The notes under the pieces are model-generated. The model did not search any database and was not told the origin of the DNA. It worked only from the letters and a program-made list of their open reading frames with translations. A stretch of DNA of 64,000 nucleotides. It comes from a virus. Shown here piece by piece: positions 43,048-54,700 of this stretch. The stretch's first letter is position 1. Each line of letters opens with the position of its first letter. The stretch spans positions 1-64,000 of the IMG/VR virus record IMGVR_UViG_3300027741_000040. The stretch is one strand, 5' to 3'. The translations under genes were made by a program, and so were the position numbers.

Positions 43048-44628
43048 ATGAATATAACTAGTCAATTTTTTTTATTACATTATATCGGCCATGATGCATT
43101 AGACCTTATGCATATGCCTGCTAGTTTTGCTAATGATATTCAACTATCATCAGATTATTATAGTTTTATAAACGGAATTTCCACAATTTATGGTAGTCAA
43201 AATTCAGAAGGATCAGTTCCAGTATTTTGGACAGAATTATCTGGCTATAATAGACTACCAAGTCCTGATAGTACTCTTAGATCATTAATGCCCGATCAAA
43301 ACTATTATGTTATTAGTCTCAACAATAATGTTCTGCCTTTAACTGTTCCTCCGGTCAATGGTAATCTTGAATGTATAGCTGATCCAAATAAAATAAAACC
43401 ATCTCCAACAATAGTATTTCCTAATTACGATAAACTATCAGCTGATATAATACTAGATGGAAGAAATAATAATTACGCTTATTTCTCTACTACTATTACT
43501 GGTTTAATTCCAAAAGAAACCTATAAGTATGTTTTTACTGGAGTCGATTCAAATTGGCCATCATTCATCAGCCCAGTATCTGGTCTTTTAAAACCAAGTA
43601 AAACATCAGTAGATGTAGAGTCTGTTTTAACATTCTGTGCCACAAGCGGAGGATGCAACTCACAGGATGGACTGCTACCATACAGCTTAGATACTTCAGC
43701 AAACTATCAAAAGAATAATTATTTTTCAATTTTGTCTTTATCTGTTGAGCCCATATCATATACCGGAACTCAGCCCGTCTCAGAACAATTAACAGTAAGA
43801 TGCAAAGACTGCTTACCACAACCTCCAAGTTTACCAGTAATAACTATGCCATTATCGTCTTCGTCAAACGGTAACGGATCAGACATAACACTAACCGGCA
43901 TAAACAATAACTATTGCTATCTTAGTCCAAGAATTAGTGGATTAATCCCAGGAGAAAGCTATACATATACTGTTGATAGCTTAGCTGGTAATTGGCCTGT
44001 TGTTATTTATCCTAGTAGCGGAAGCATTAATCCTACCAAAGACTATTCTGATATAGAGATCGTAGCAGCATTTTGTGCCTCAACCGGAACCTGCCCGTCT
44101 GGAACAGATGGTTTATCGACCTATAAATTAGCATCGGATTTTAGTAGAGCATACGCCCATAATAATTATTTTACTTTGCTCAACGTTACAGTTCATCAAA
44201 ATAGTTATCCATATAACACAATCAAAAGTGATCAAATTTCTATAAGATGCAGTAATTGCTTACCTAGTAATGCTGTGCTTTTAAGTTATCCAAACATTAG
44301 TTTTCCAACAGCATATCTTGAGTACGGATTGTCTTGCTGTTCCGGAAGTAAGTCTTTGGTGGTTAGTGTTGCTAACGCTGTTCCTGGAGACAAATACGCC
44401 TACTCATTTAATGCTCCAACCAATAAGATTACTTTTAGTCCTTCTAGTGGAGTAGCATATTTTGGTAGTAATGGAGCCGGTAATCTTAATACTATTATGA
44501 CCACTTCATTACAAGACGGGGATCAGTATGTGATCCAATGCTCATTGAATAATACAGTTTATGATATTCCAACAAATGACTTTTTAACAATTAAGTGCGG
44601 ATCAGGATGTAATATTTACATTACTTAA
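43048..44628 (+). CDS. Cys-containing repeat protein (526 aa), putative virion protein
   Basis: Two full and one partial ~140-aa repeats: NNNY.Y....I.GLIP.E.Y.Y.....NWP..I.P.SG...FCA..G.C...YF..L...S.Q...RC..CLP. Confidence 0.7.
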   Translation: MNITSQFFLLHYIGHDALDLMHMPASFANDIQLSSDYYSFINGISTIYGSQNSEGSVPVFWTELSGYNRLPSPDSTLRSLMPDQNYYVISLNNNVLPLTVPPVNGNLECIADPNKIKPSPTIVFPNYDKLSADIILDGRNNNYAYFSTTITGLIPKETYKYVFTGVDSNWPSFISPVSGLLKPSKTSVDVESVLTFCATSGGCNSQDGLLPYSLDTSANYQKNNYFSILSLSVEPISYTGTQPVSEQLTVRCKDCLPQPPSLPVITMPLSSSSNGNGSDITLTGINNNYCYLSPRISGLIPGESYTYTVDSLAGNWPVVIYPSSGSINPTKDYSDIEIVAAFCASTGTCPSGTDGLSTYKLASDFSRAYAHNNYFTLLNVTVHQNSYPYNTIKSDQISIRCSNCLPSNAVLLSYPNISFPTAYLEYGLSCCSGSKSLVVSVANAVPGDKYAYSFNAPTNKITFSPSSGVAYFGSNGAGNLNTIMTTSLQDGDQYVIQCSLNNTVYDIPTNDFLTIKCGSGCNIYIT

Positions 44629-44643
44629 GGACATATATGAAAT

Positions 44644-44784
44644 ATGATATCATTTCCATCAGGATCAATATCTGGAACTATTAATGGTAGTGTCTATATA
44701 AACTGTTGTGGGTCTAATATAGATCTTAATCAACAATCTTATATTAATATTAATATGTCATCAGAAATAAAAGAACTTAAATAA
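44644..44784 (+). CDS. Small hypothetical protein (46 aa; not in the ORF track)
   Basis: Translated by hand: MISFPSGSISGTINGSVYINCCGSNIDLNQQSYININMSSEIKELK*. Stops 2 nt before the next ATG. Confidence 0.4.
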   Translation: MISFPSGSISGTINGSVYINCCGSNIDLNQQSYININMSSEIKELK

Positions 44785-44786
44785 AT

Positions 44787-46727
44787 ATGGTATATTCTGA
44801 TCCATCCAATGATATACAGTTTTCTGCTTTGTCAGATACCGATAATCCAAGAGTAATTATATACTATAATAATAGTGGAATACATAAAATAGCTGGCCCA
44901 GTACCATTTATTAAATTTTCTGAATCTGCTAACTCATCAGAAAATGGTGAACTTTTTAGTTCAAAATTATCTATTACACTAGAAGGAAAAGTGGTTGAGA
45001 CAGGAATAAAAGGTGGGGTCAGTGGGATCATGGATAGACTTTCATCTCTTAGAAATTTATTTTATGGATCCGGCTATAGTAGTAGAAAATACTACAATAA
45101 TGCTCTTAAGATTACTTGTGATGGAGCCAACACTTTTGAGGTTAGTGGTTTAAAAATACTAAGCTTTAACGCTTCTCAGACTCCAGATAACTGGACATTA
45201 TCAGCAGGATATTCTGTTGATCTAGAAGCTCATATTCCCAGATTAAGTGGCAACCCATATATTAAATCAGCAAGTGAAGATTGGACAATAGAGCCTTTAG
45301 AAAATAGAGCATATTATCTTAATAATAAAGACGATAAAATAGAAGTTAGTGGTCGTCCAGAATACCATAACCCTAAGCTAGGAAATAGGGCTCCTCCAGG
45401 AACCAGCGGAGAACTAATAAGAGTATCATTGGTTGATTTACCACAATATAAAATTTCGCGTACGCTAAAGGCTGTGGGTTTTAGTAGTGGGATAGGCGAA
45501 GATTCCTCATTTCCTGCTTACGAGATGGCGCTATACTGGATTAAGTCACGAATTAATCTGGCTTATTCTGGGGCTGATACTGGTTATCCTCGCATGGATT
45601 TTACTTATTTAAATGATACAAAATCGCCAAATAAATATTATCTATATAATCATCTGAGAAATACAAATTTTAGTGTTGATGCAGGGTCATATGAGGTAAA
45701 TGATACATGGTTGGCTCTTCCAACAGGAATACCATTTGTAGAAGACTATACTGTGGATTGTTCTACCGATAATAAAAATATTAAAACTGTACGAGTACAA
45801 GGAACAATCAAAGGATTAACATTAGCTGACACAAATTTTGAACAGGCAAGAGAACCAAAATACTTAAATCCAACTAGTGGTACTAATAATATTTCTTTAT
45901 ATTCTGGAATGATAGTTGAGCCAAAAGGAATATATGGTTCTACAAATGGAATTGACACGATACAAAGGCTAAATGATTTTGATTATACATCTAGTTTGCA
46001 TGATATTAATAAACATAAATATTTAAATGCTTTAAGTGGATGGTTATATGATGTTAAGCCTTATTTATATCGTAGAGCTTGTATAGTTGTTGATTCTATA
46101 GACCGAAATGAAAGCAATTATCCATACAATAAATATACTACTCCATATACAATTAGTAAGCCAAACCCAATATTTTCTCATGAAAGACTTCTAAATATTA
46201 ATCCTGTAAGATATAATGAAGATCATGATCCAAGAAAAGGTTACATAAGCTATACTTGCGAATTTAGTAATAAATTTACATATTTAAGCGGAGTATTATC
46301 AGAAACCATTAGAATAAATGATAATGGACCAGCAGATGTTATTAATGAAGCATTCGTTTTGGGAAGAAGACTAGGTCCAGCACTACAAAATTTAGGATCA
46401 AGAACATCGTCTAAAAAAGATCTTACTATCGAAGTAACAGTTATGCCTCCAATGACCATAGCAGGATTCGTTTTAAATAATAAAGAATGCCCACTATATA
46501 CAGGAGGAACAATATATAGTGGAATTACTGGATTAATTGGTGAATTTAAACCTTTTTCATCAACAAGATCTAATAATTTATTTGGAGGAGCATCTGTTAA
46601 TACTAGCGGAACAGCATACTTATCGGCCGATTCATCTACCTGGGATCCTATACAAGGTAAATATACTCGAAATGTATCGTGGATTTATCAGCATTGTAAA
46701 TTGGTCTATAATAATTTAGATAGTTAA
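44787..46727 (+). CDS. Putative distal tail/baseplate-hub-like protein, paralog 1
   Basis: Collinear similarity to 46772-48778 (DNWT, WTIEPLE, EYHNP, LYNHLR, VINEAFVLGRRLGP, W.YQHC); position downstream of the TMP. Confidence 0.55.
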   Translation: MVYSDPSNDIQFSALSDTDNPRVIIYYNNSGIHKIAGPVPFIKFSESANSSENGELFSSKLSITLEGKVVETGIKGGVSGIMDRLSSLRNLFYGSGYSSRKYYNNALKITCDGANTFEVSGLKILSFNASQTPDNWTLSAGYSVDLEAHIPRLSGNPYIKSASEDWTIEPLENRAYYLNNKDDKIEVSGRPEYHNPKLGNRAPPGTSGELIRVSLVDLPQYKISRTLKAVGFSSGIGEDSSFPAYEMALYWIKSRINLAYSGADTGYPRMDFTYLNDTKSPNKYYLYNHLRNTNFSVDAGSYEVNDTWLALPTGIPFVEDYTVDCSTDNKNIKTVRVQGTIKGLTLADTNFEQAREPKYLNPTSGTNNISLYSGMIVEPKGIYGSTNGIDTIQRLNDFDYTSSLHDINKHKYLNALSGWLYDVKPYLYRRACIVVDSIDRNESNYPYNKYTTPYTISKPNPIFSHERLLNINPVRYNEDHDPRKGYISYTCEFSNKFTYLSGVLSETIRINDNGPADVINEAFVLGRRLGPALQNLGSRTSSKKDLTIEVTVMPPMTIAGFVLNNKECPLYTGGTIYSGITGLIGEFKPFSSTRSNNLFGGASVNTSGTAYLSADSSTWDPIQGKYTRNVSWIYQHCKLVYNNLDS

Positions 46728-46729
46728 TA

Positions 46730-46736
46730 GGTGTAT
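46730..46736 (+). promoter_or_regulatory. Candidate late promoter GGTGTAT
   Basis: Intergenic between the two distal-tail-like paralogs. Confidence 0.55.
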
Positions 46737-46771
46737 GTACTAGTATCTCAGGACCACTATATGGATAATCT

Positions 46772-48778
46772 ATGGTATATATTGACCCAAATATAGATAA
46801 TAATTTTACAATACTAAATGAGAATCCACTAGACAGGAATGTTAGAATATCATACAATGGAAAAGATATTCATGATATTACTTCTGGAAATGTTCCATTA
46901 ATTAGTATTAAGGAAAACTCTAACACTACAGCTAACGGCTATTTGTATAGTTCAACTGTTGGAATAACATTAAATGGTAAAATATTAACACCATTTGCCG
47001 GAACTACCGGAATTTTAGGATGTATTAAAGCATTGAGGAATTTATTTTTGGGAACAGGCAATAATGATATGAATAACCAATATAATGGATATCTTAAAAT
47101 ATCTTGTGGCAATGCAATAGGAGAAAGCAACCCTGGTATATTCAACGCTACTGGAGTAAGATTAATTAATTTATCTATAGATGAAAGTGGAGATAATTGG
47201 ACTCAAGGAGCTGATTATACTGTTGATTTGGAATATAATGTTGCCAGAAGTTTTGATAAAAATGGCAAAGAGTATTATGTCAAATCAACTGTTGATAGTT
47301 GGACTATCGAACCTTTAGAAGACTATGCTTATTATTCCATGACCGGTATTAAAGCCCCCTACTCCTCTAGTGTTTCAGATATAAATATGGCTCAAGAATA
47401 TCATAATCCAAGACTTGCGCCAGATGCAGCTAATGAGTCTAGTCCCCAACCTGGTACAAATATACTACCTAATCTATATTTAAAAATAGAGAATATTCCA
47501 CAATACAGAGTCGCTAGAAAGTTAAGTGCAATAGGACTACCAAGTAATAGTGGATTAAGTGGAACATTTCCGGCCTATCAGAATGCTCAAAAATGGGTAC
47601 TAGATAGAATAAATCTTGCGCAAGATAGTGGGGGTTTTCCAATTCATATTAGTTTAGAGGAATCAAGCAACGACCCAAAAAATTTCCTATATAATCATTT
47701 GAGAACTATAAATTTTAGTATTTATGATGGGTCTTATGAAATTAATGAATCTTGGTTAGCTATGCCAATTAATATCGGATATATTGAGGATTATACGATA
47801 TCTGTAGGTACCGAAGAAGGACATACCAAAACAGTAAAAGTACAAGGAGAAATTAAAGGACTTATAAAAGCAAATAATCATTTTACATCTGGAGTATCGG
47901 GAACCGTTCCATTAAGTGGAACTAACAGCATTCAGCTTAATGAAATCATGACATTAAAACCAGAAAAGAGCGGCGTTAGCTATATAATACCAGATGCTTC
48001 TAAGACCGATGGAAGTTTAAATACCGGCATGTCAGGATCCATTAATACTAAACTATATGATGTTAAATATTATAATGCTAGAGACGCTTGGCTAAATGAT
48101 ATTAAACCATATCTCTTTAGAAGAGCAAATATAGTTATGAACTCTATTGATAGAGACAGAAAATACGTAGACTATAGACCAATTCCTAGACCCATACCAA
48201 ACAATCCTCTTTATTGTTATGATAGACCACTAAATGTTAATCCAATATCAACATCAGAGACTCATGATGCAAGAAAGGGGACAATAAATTATAGTTGTGA
48301 ATATAGTAATAGATTTAAGTATTTCCCAAATACTCTTCATGAAAATATTGTCATATCAGATACTAATCCTGTTAGTGTTATTAATGAGGCGTTTGTTTTA
48401 GGAAGAAGGCTTGGTCCAGTACTACAGGATCTTGGCACAGTAACTACTTCTAGAAAAGAAATTAGTTTGGAAGTTTTTGTTGTTCCTCCAACATCTATTC
48501 AGGGATTTTTTATGAGTCATCCTGATTGTCCATTATATATTGGAGGAGAATTATATACTGGTATTAGTGGTATATTTAATCAGCTAAAGCCCTTTGGAGA
48601 TAGACCAACTGATATTTTTGGATCATTGGGAGAAAGATCCCCTTTAATTGGAGATGAAGGAAATATATATGTTGCTAATGATACTCATTCTTGGGAGCCT
48701 ACTGATGGAGTATATAGAAGAAATATGACGTGGACCTATCAGCACTGTCTCCCTATAACCAAGACACTGGATCAATAA
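46772..48778 (+). CDS. Putative distal tail/baseplate-hub-like protein, paralog 2
   Basis: Paralog of 44787-46727. Confidence 0.55.
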   Translation: MVYIDPNIDNNFTILNENPLDRNVRISYNGKDIHDITSGNVPLISIKENSNTTANGYLYSSTVGITLNGKILTPFAGTTGILGCIKALRNLFLGTGNNDMNNQYNGYLKISCGNAIGESNPGIFNATGVRLINLSIDESGDNWTQGADYTVDLEYNVARSFDKNGKEYYVKSTVDSWTIEPLEDYAYYSMTGIKAPYSSSVSDINMAQEYHNPRLAPDAANESSPQPGTNILPNLYLKIENIPQYRVARKLSAIGLPSNSGLSGTFPAYQNAQKWVLDRINLAQDSGGFPIHISLEESSNDPKNFLYNHLRTINFSIYDGSYEINESWLAMPINIGYIEDYTISVGTEEGHTKTVKVQGEIKGLIKANNHFTSGVSGTVPLSGTNSIQLNEIMTLKPEKSGVSYIIPDASKTDGSLNTGMSGSINTKLYDVKYYNARDAWLNDIKPYLFRRANIVMNSIDRDRKYVDYRPIPRPIPNNPLYCYDRPLNVNPISTSETHDARKGTINYSCEYSNRFKYFPNTLHENIVISDTNPVSVINEAFVLGRRLGPVLQDLGTVTTSRKEISLEVFVVPPTSIQGFFMSHPDCPLYIGGELYTGISGIFNQLKPFGDRPTDIFGSLGERSPLIGDEGNIYVANDTHSWEPTDGVYRRNMTWTYQHCLPITKTLDQ

Positions 48779-48780
48779 TT

Positions 48781-51700
48781 ATGCCATCAAAATCTTGTTC
48801 TGAGAATCAACAAAAAATTATCGGACAAACACTATTCTTAGGAGCTAGTGTTGCTAATTTTAATAATAGTATAGGCTGGGGATCTTCGCCTTCTCAGTTA
48901 ACGATTAATCTTGTCGATGACAGTCCGGTACTAGGCAGCGATACAGCCAAAGCTTGTGGTGGTACCATGGTAAAAATGTATCCTGATTTAGTTGAAGGAT
49001 TTGATACTAATAATCACTACTATACTACTACTGGAAATGCTTTGTATGAAGCCTTACAACCAGACGGAAGTGCCTTACAGTACGATCCTAATAAACATGA
49101 CGTATCCGAAAGAATGGTCGCAGGTAAAATTTACCATAGATTAAGTAATACTAGTGATTTGTTTTATTCTAAGTATTGGCTATATAGCGATCCTGGTTTT
49201 TTTGGAGAAAAGACCATACTAACACCAGCTTGGGCAAATCAGGCTATGGGAGTAAATAGTTCTGGTAATTTTAATCAATATGGAACAACAGGATTTGTTA
49301 CTGATGCTAGTAAATTTGTAAAATATGATATTATTGATACCCCGGTATATTTTAAAATGGGAGATTTTAGTTTTTGTGGATTAGTTCAGTCTTGGCAAAC
49401 TAGCTTATCAAATAGTGGAAAAGGATACTCTGTCACAATCAATAGTATGCAGTCTTTGCTTAATTCCTGTTATATTATTCTAGATAAATTTGCAGGATCA
49501 ATATTTGCAAAAAAAACAGAAAGTACTTATGGAGGATCTCCAAAAAACTATTTAGGAATATCAAATGTTAATTATACTGGAACAATATCAGAAGGAAATA
49601 TTCCAAATGTATTTAATGTATATGGATTTTTAGAATCATTTGGTTTTGATAATTTCGGTGTTGCTCGAAGAAATGAAAGAGGTGTTCAGGTAAATAAAAT
49701 TTTAGATGCTTTATCGGTTTTAACATCTAGTATCAATGATATTACTGGTTTTAATAATCTGAACAATACACAAGGAGCAGTTAAACCATGGAATGATTTT
49801 GCACATAAGCACATATTCTCTCCATATGGTCGCATTATTGCTAAACATATGCAAGTTGATAGGAGCGATGATTCTGGAATAAACCCATATGATGGTATTA
49901 ATCCAAACTTTGATTCTTTTGGAGTTATACCTCCAACAGTATCAATGTTTAATAGCAACGACTATAAGTGTCAATTTACTCTTGATCTTAGTGAAATTCC
50001 AAAACTTCCGGACTCTTTTAGAGTGTCAGAACCTGTAATGAGTATTATGTCTCTATTAAATTTGATTGGGGAGCAAATTGGACACGACATATTTATTGAG
50101 GCCGGTCCCGTCTACTATGAAGAAGCCCGTAAGTACTTTAATGTTATTAAGGTTAAAACCATATCTAGATTAGGTCAACCAAGAAATAATATAATAGAAA
50201 ATACTATTAATAAATTAGCTTGTAAAAAATTTAGTATTTCGAATTATACTTTGGGCAAAGAAAAAAATGATAGTCCAAATAGAAGTATGATTATTGGAGC
50301 TAATCAACAAAGACTTTATCAGGCTAAGAGTTATAGACTAGGATATACACAAAGTAATTTTATACTAAATCCTAGCAATGGAGAAATAATTAATTATCAG
50401 CACCTTGGACGTATCTCCTCAAGCAATAACAACATAGTAGTTGGTACTAAATATTATCATCATGGAAAAATTAAATTCCCTAATTTTTTGAGTACCAGAA
50501 ATCCTAAACTTATTACGTATTATGGAGTAAGGCCAGAAGGAAGCGGCTATGTTCCGACCGGTATACTAGCCGAAGAGCAAGAGATAGTTGGGAGTTTTGA
50601 TGGTTACGATCCTAGTTGGGACGACACTAACGAAACTTCTCCTAGTCTCGTTACAAATGCCTCTAGACCATCTGGAAATTATTTAGAAACCGAGATAATT
50701 AAACAGACAGGAATAGAACAGAACGCAACATGGAATAATGAAACAAATCAAAGATGGATACCAATATATGCTGATGTTATCTGTCCCTTTTTTGGTTATG
50801 TCTATGATGAGGAATTAACTATCAAGCCTAGTGATAATAATGACTTTAGACAAATTCGACCAGTATGGTTCGATAGCTGGACAGGGCAGTCGTGTGTAGT
50901 AGTCAGAATTTCTGAACTTCCAGAAGTATCTGTCGAACTATCCACTGGATATTACGTTACAAGTAGCCAAAGATGTGCTACTAGTGGTTCTACTTCCAAT
51001 CCCACAACTCCTATAATCCCCACTTGGTCTCCCGCAACAGGAAAACAAACCATTTTTATAGGAGGAGGGCTAACAGGAGTAAGTCCCATACCAAAAACCC
51101 AATGCTATACAGAATTTGGTGACCCAACAAGCTATGAGATTAAATATATAATAATATCTGAATCAGAAATAAGGGCAGCATTAGCTGGTTTTGATAATTT
51201 TTTAGTATATGAATTAGCAAAATATTATAAGCCAGATTTAATTGAAACTTTAAGACTATCTTACTTTAGTAAAATTAGAGATCGATTGATAGCTTTAGGA
51301 CATAGCGAAACGGAGGCTAATGATGGAGCAACCCAAAAAACTAATTGGTATTGGAATATTACTTCTTCAAATATTGCTAATGATGAATTAAAACCAGGAT
51401 TTATGGCCCCAGATAAAAATCAAGGAAGCTCTTATATACCAGAAGATGCTTTAAAAGATTTACAAATTTTGCATAAGTTTGTTGCTGAAATTGGAAAATA
51501 TTATGGTAAAAAATATATGGTCACAGCTCCAAAATTAGCTTCGTATAAAGATGATGAAGCCGATTTAATTCTTCCAACGGTTGCTGGTAATGCGTACGTA
51601 TTTCAAGGAGACGGCAATTTTTACTATAATTATGAGCCAACTAATGATGGTGCCTGGGAAGAATATGGAAATTTTATTGATGATAGTATTGTTGTAGGAG

Positions 51701-54700
51701 GTACTCATTGGTATGCTTTGAGCGACAACGGAGGAAAAATCAAACCCATTATAGGATATAATGCCAGCTCATACTTTGACTATTTAAGATTTAGTATGTG
51801 TCAATTGAGCCAAAGTGGTCTAGAGAATATTCGTAGGGGAGGTAGATTCGAACCCATGTGGGATTGGGAAGGCTATTTATTGTTAATGGAAAAATATAGT
51901 ATAACTTGTAATCATAAAGACTTTATCTTCCCAAGTTTAGATTACTCAACGTTAGCGTCTGATCAATATGTATTAGCAACAGGCTATGAGAGACTAGGAA
52001 CCGTTCCCGCAGTTCAGTCAATAAATGATGTTTGGACTAGTCTTTCTCCTCCTACAAAAATTCCGGCATATAATGCTTTTGGGTATCCTATCACGGATCA
52101 GACTGGAACTAAAATGCCTCCCTCAGGATCTGCTTCCGTAGCATATAAGCAAAAGCTATATTTAAATACGTCAGTTGAAGACAAATTTATTTATTTGAAT
52201 CCAGAAAAATTAGCTTCTCCAAAATTTTTAATAGATTCTCCGGGAGTTTATCTTAATCATTCATCTTCGGAATATGCTCAAGATCCTAATAGAACCGTAA
52301 TAGCCAATGTTACTATAGAAGATTTATTAGTATATATGAAGACAACTCCCCCATCAGAAAGAGATACTGATTGGATGAGATATATGCTTAATTATACTAT
52401 GCCAATCAATAAATTTACTGAAACATCATCAACGGATGCTCTTGGATCATACGGATCGTCTAACAATCAATCTTCATTAAGAATAGAGATAGCACCAAAA
52501 GCAGCCCATCCAATGTTTGCTGGTATTCCTATCAAATCCAATCAGTTTTGTTATGGTCCCTGGATTAATAATCCTTACTCAGAATATCTAAATTTTCCAG
52601 ATACACTATTCCCTAGTGGACACTATTTTAGTTGCTCAGGAGATCCTGTTACTGGTGACACTACTCTTGTTAGTGGAGATTTTAATATAGATCTTAATCA
52701 CGCCAAGAGTGGATGTAATAATTGGATAGGAACAACAGAAGTAGAGGTTATAGAAGAGATGGCTCCGTGGATATACGGAGGAGCATCTCAGTTAGATAAT
52801 GCTGCGTTTAGGCATATAGCCACCAAAATTAATTATCAGTCAATTATAGAAACTGCACAAGTAGATATGCCGGGACTTCCGTTATTTAGCTTAGGAGGAG
52901 TTTTTAATGAAGAAAATGCCGGTGTTGGATCATCTGGATATTATAAAGCAACAGGAATAGACTATCAATATAGTGATATTAAATATAAAAACGATCTTGT
53001 TTTTAATATGAGTGGCTTTACACGTCCTAGTGTTATTATTAATCCAATTAGTAATACAGGAATAAATACGTCAAAATTTAAAATCTTAAATGCCATTTCT
53101 CCATATGCTGTTACTAAGGGACCCATTATTACTAATATTCAAACTAGTGTTGGTCAAGGAGGTATCACTACCACATATACTTTTAGAACATATAGCAGAA
53201 AGCTGGGTTTATTTAATAAAGAACAAAACGATATTATTAAGAAAAATACTTTGGCTCGTTTTAAAATGAATAAGCAGATGTCAGATATTGGTCGTCAATC
53301 TGCCAATAATCTTATTCAACAACGAGACTTTATGGATAAACAACGACTAGAACAGAGTATGAATTTTAATACTGAGGGATTTAGATCTAAATTATTTGGT
53401 ACTAGTCCATCAACAGTATTCATAGGAAGATCGATGCCTTTTATTGAAGAGCCCAAAAGAACTCCTAAAATATTAGTAGATTATACAAAATACAGTAACC
53501 CAGGAGATTTAGCGACCAAACCAGGAACTGTTTCAGGATGGTCCGGAGTACTCGGTCCAGACCCCGCGTCTACAGAAAGGATAACAGCCACCCCAGAGAC
53601 TGATACAGAAGCTATTAATAAATTAAGTTTACAAGGACGATACAAGACATCGGTTGGTCTATATGAAAGAAAAGAAGCAGACTCTGAATTAAATAAGCAA
53701 TTTGGTCTTAATTCTGCTATGAGTTTGGACGGTCTTTTATCTCCAATATCTTTCTATCCAACTCTTAGAAATTCTACTTTTGCCTATTCTTTATATGATA
53801 TTTCAACTTGTCCATTTTGTAATGGAACTAAAAAAAGATCAATAGAATACAAACAGTATCAAAAAGATGGGACGCGCACTACAGTAAAGAAAGATATTTT
53901 TTGTGATAAGTGCTCAACGCTTAATAATAAACTTAATGCTACATTAACAGCAAAAAAAGATAGCAAGAGTATAGAGAAAGTGCCGCCATATATAATATCT
54001 AGTGGTACTGATATGAATACCTTATTAAACATGGACTCCAACTCTGTTCCAATGGCGTCGTCAATACCTCCTATTAATTTAATTACTCTTAATCCTATTG
54101 TTATTAGTTATGGAGAATTTAAAAATTCTAATTCTCAAAATTATTGTGGTGCTCATCCTGATGGTGTTCATGATGATCTTACATCACAATCTGATGGATT
54201 TAAAACGGTTCAAGGTAGTGGACGACCATTCATAGACAGACTTCGTCATTCTATTGAGATAGTTGGAAGAGGGGCGATACCTCCAGGATCATACGATTAT
54301 GCTTTAGAGAGCAGTAAAAATTTTACTAAATTTAATAAACATCCAACAGGATTAGATAAAAATAATTTAGACTATTATAATAAAGATATTATGGTAAAGT
54401 TTTATAGAGATAAACTTGAACCAAGTACGACTGGAATTATTCCAGAAATGAACTATCGATTTTTTGCTTTACGAGGACCGTTAACTATGCATGGTTGGGG
54501 ATATGATACCGAAGGATATCCTGTTCCTAATGCTGCGGACGAACCATATGCTGTTGATGAGTACGGAAGACCAAAAAGATTCAAACAAAAAATTATTAAC
54601 TTAGGTTCTATAAAATATGGTAGACTATTAGAAGGAGATCCATTTAAACTTATTGGCGGCACAGATGACAATTTTTATACTAAAACTTTTAATAAAGAAC

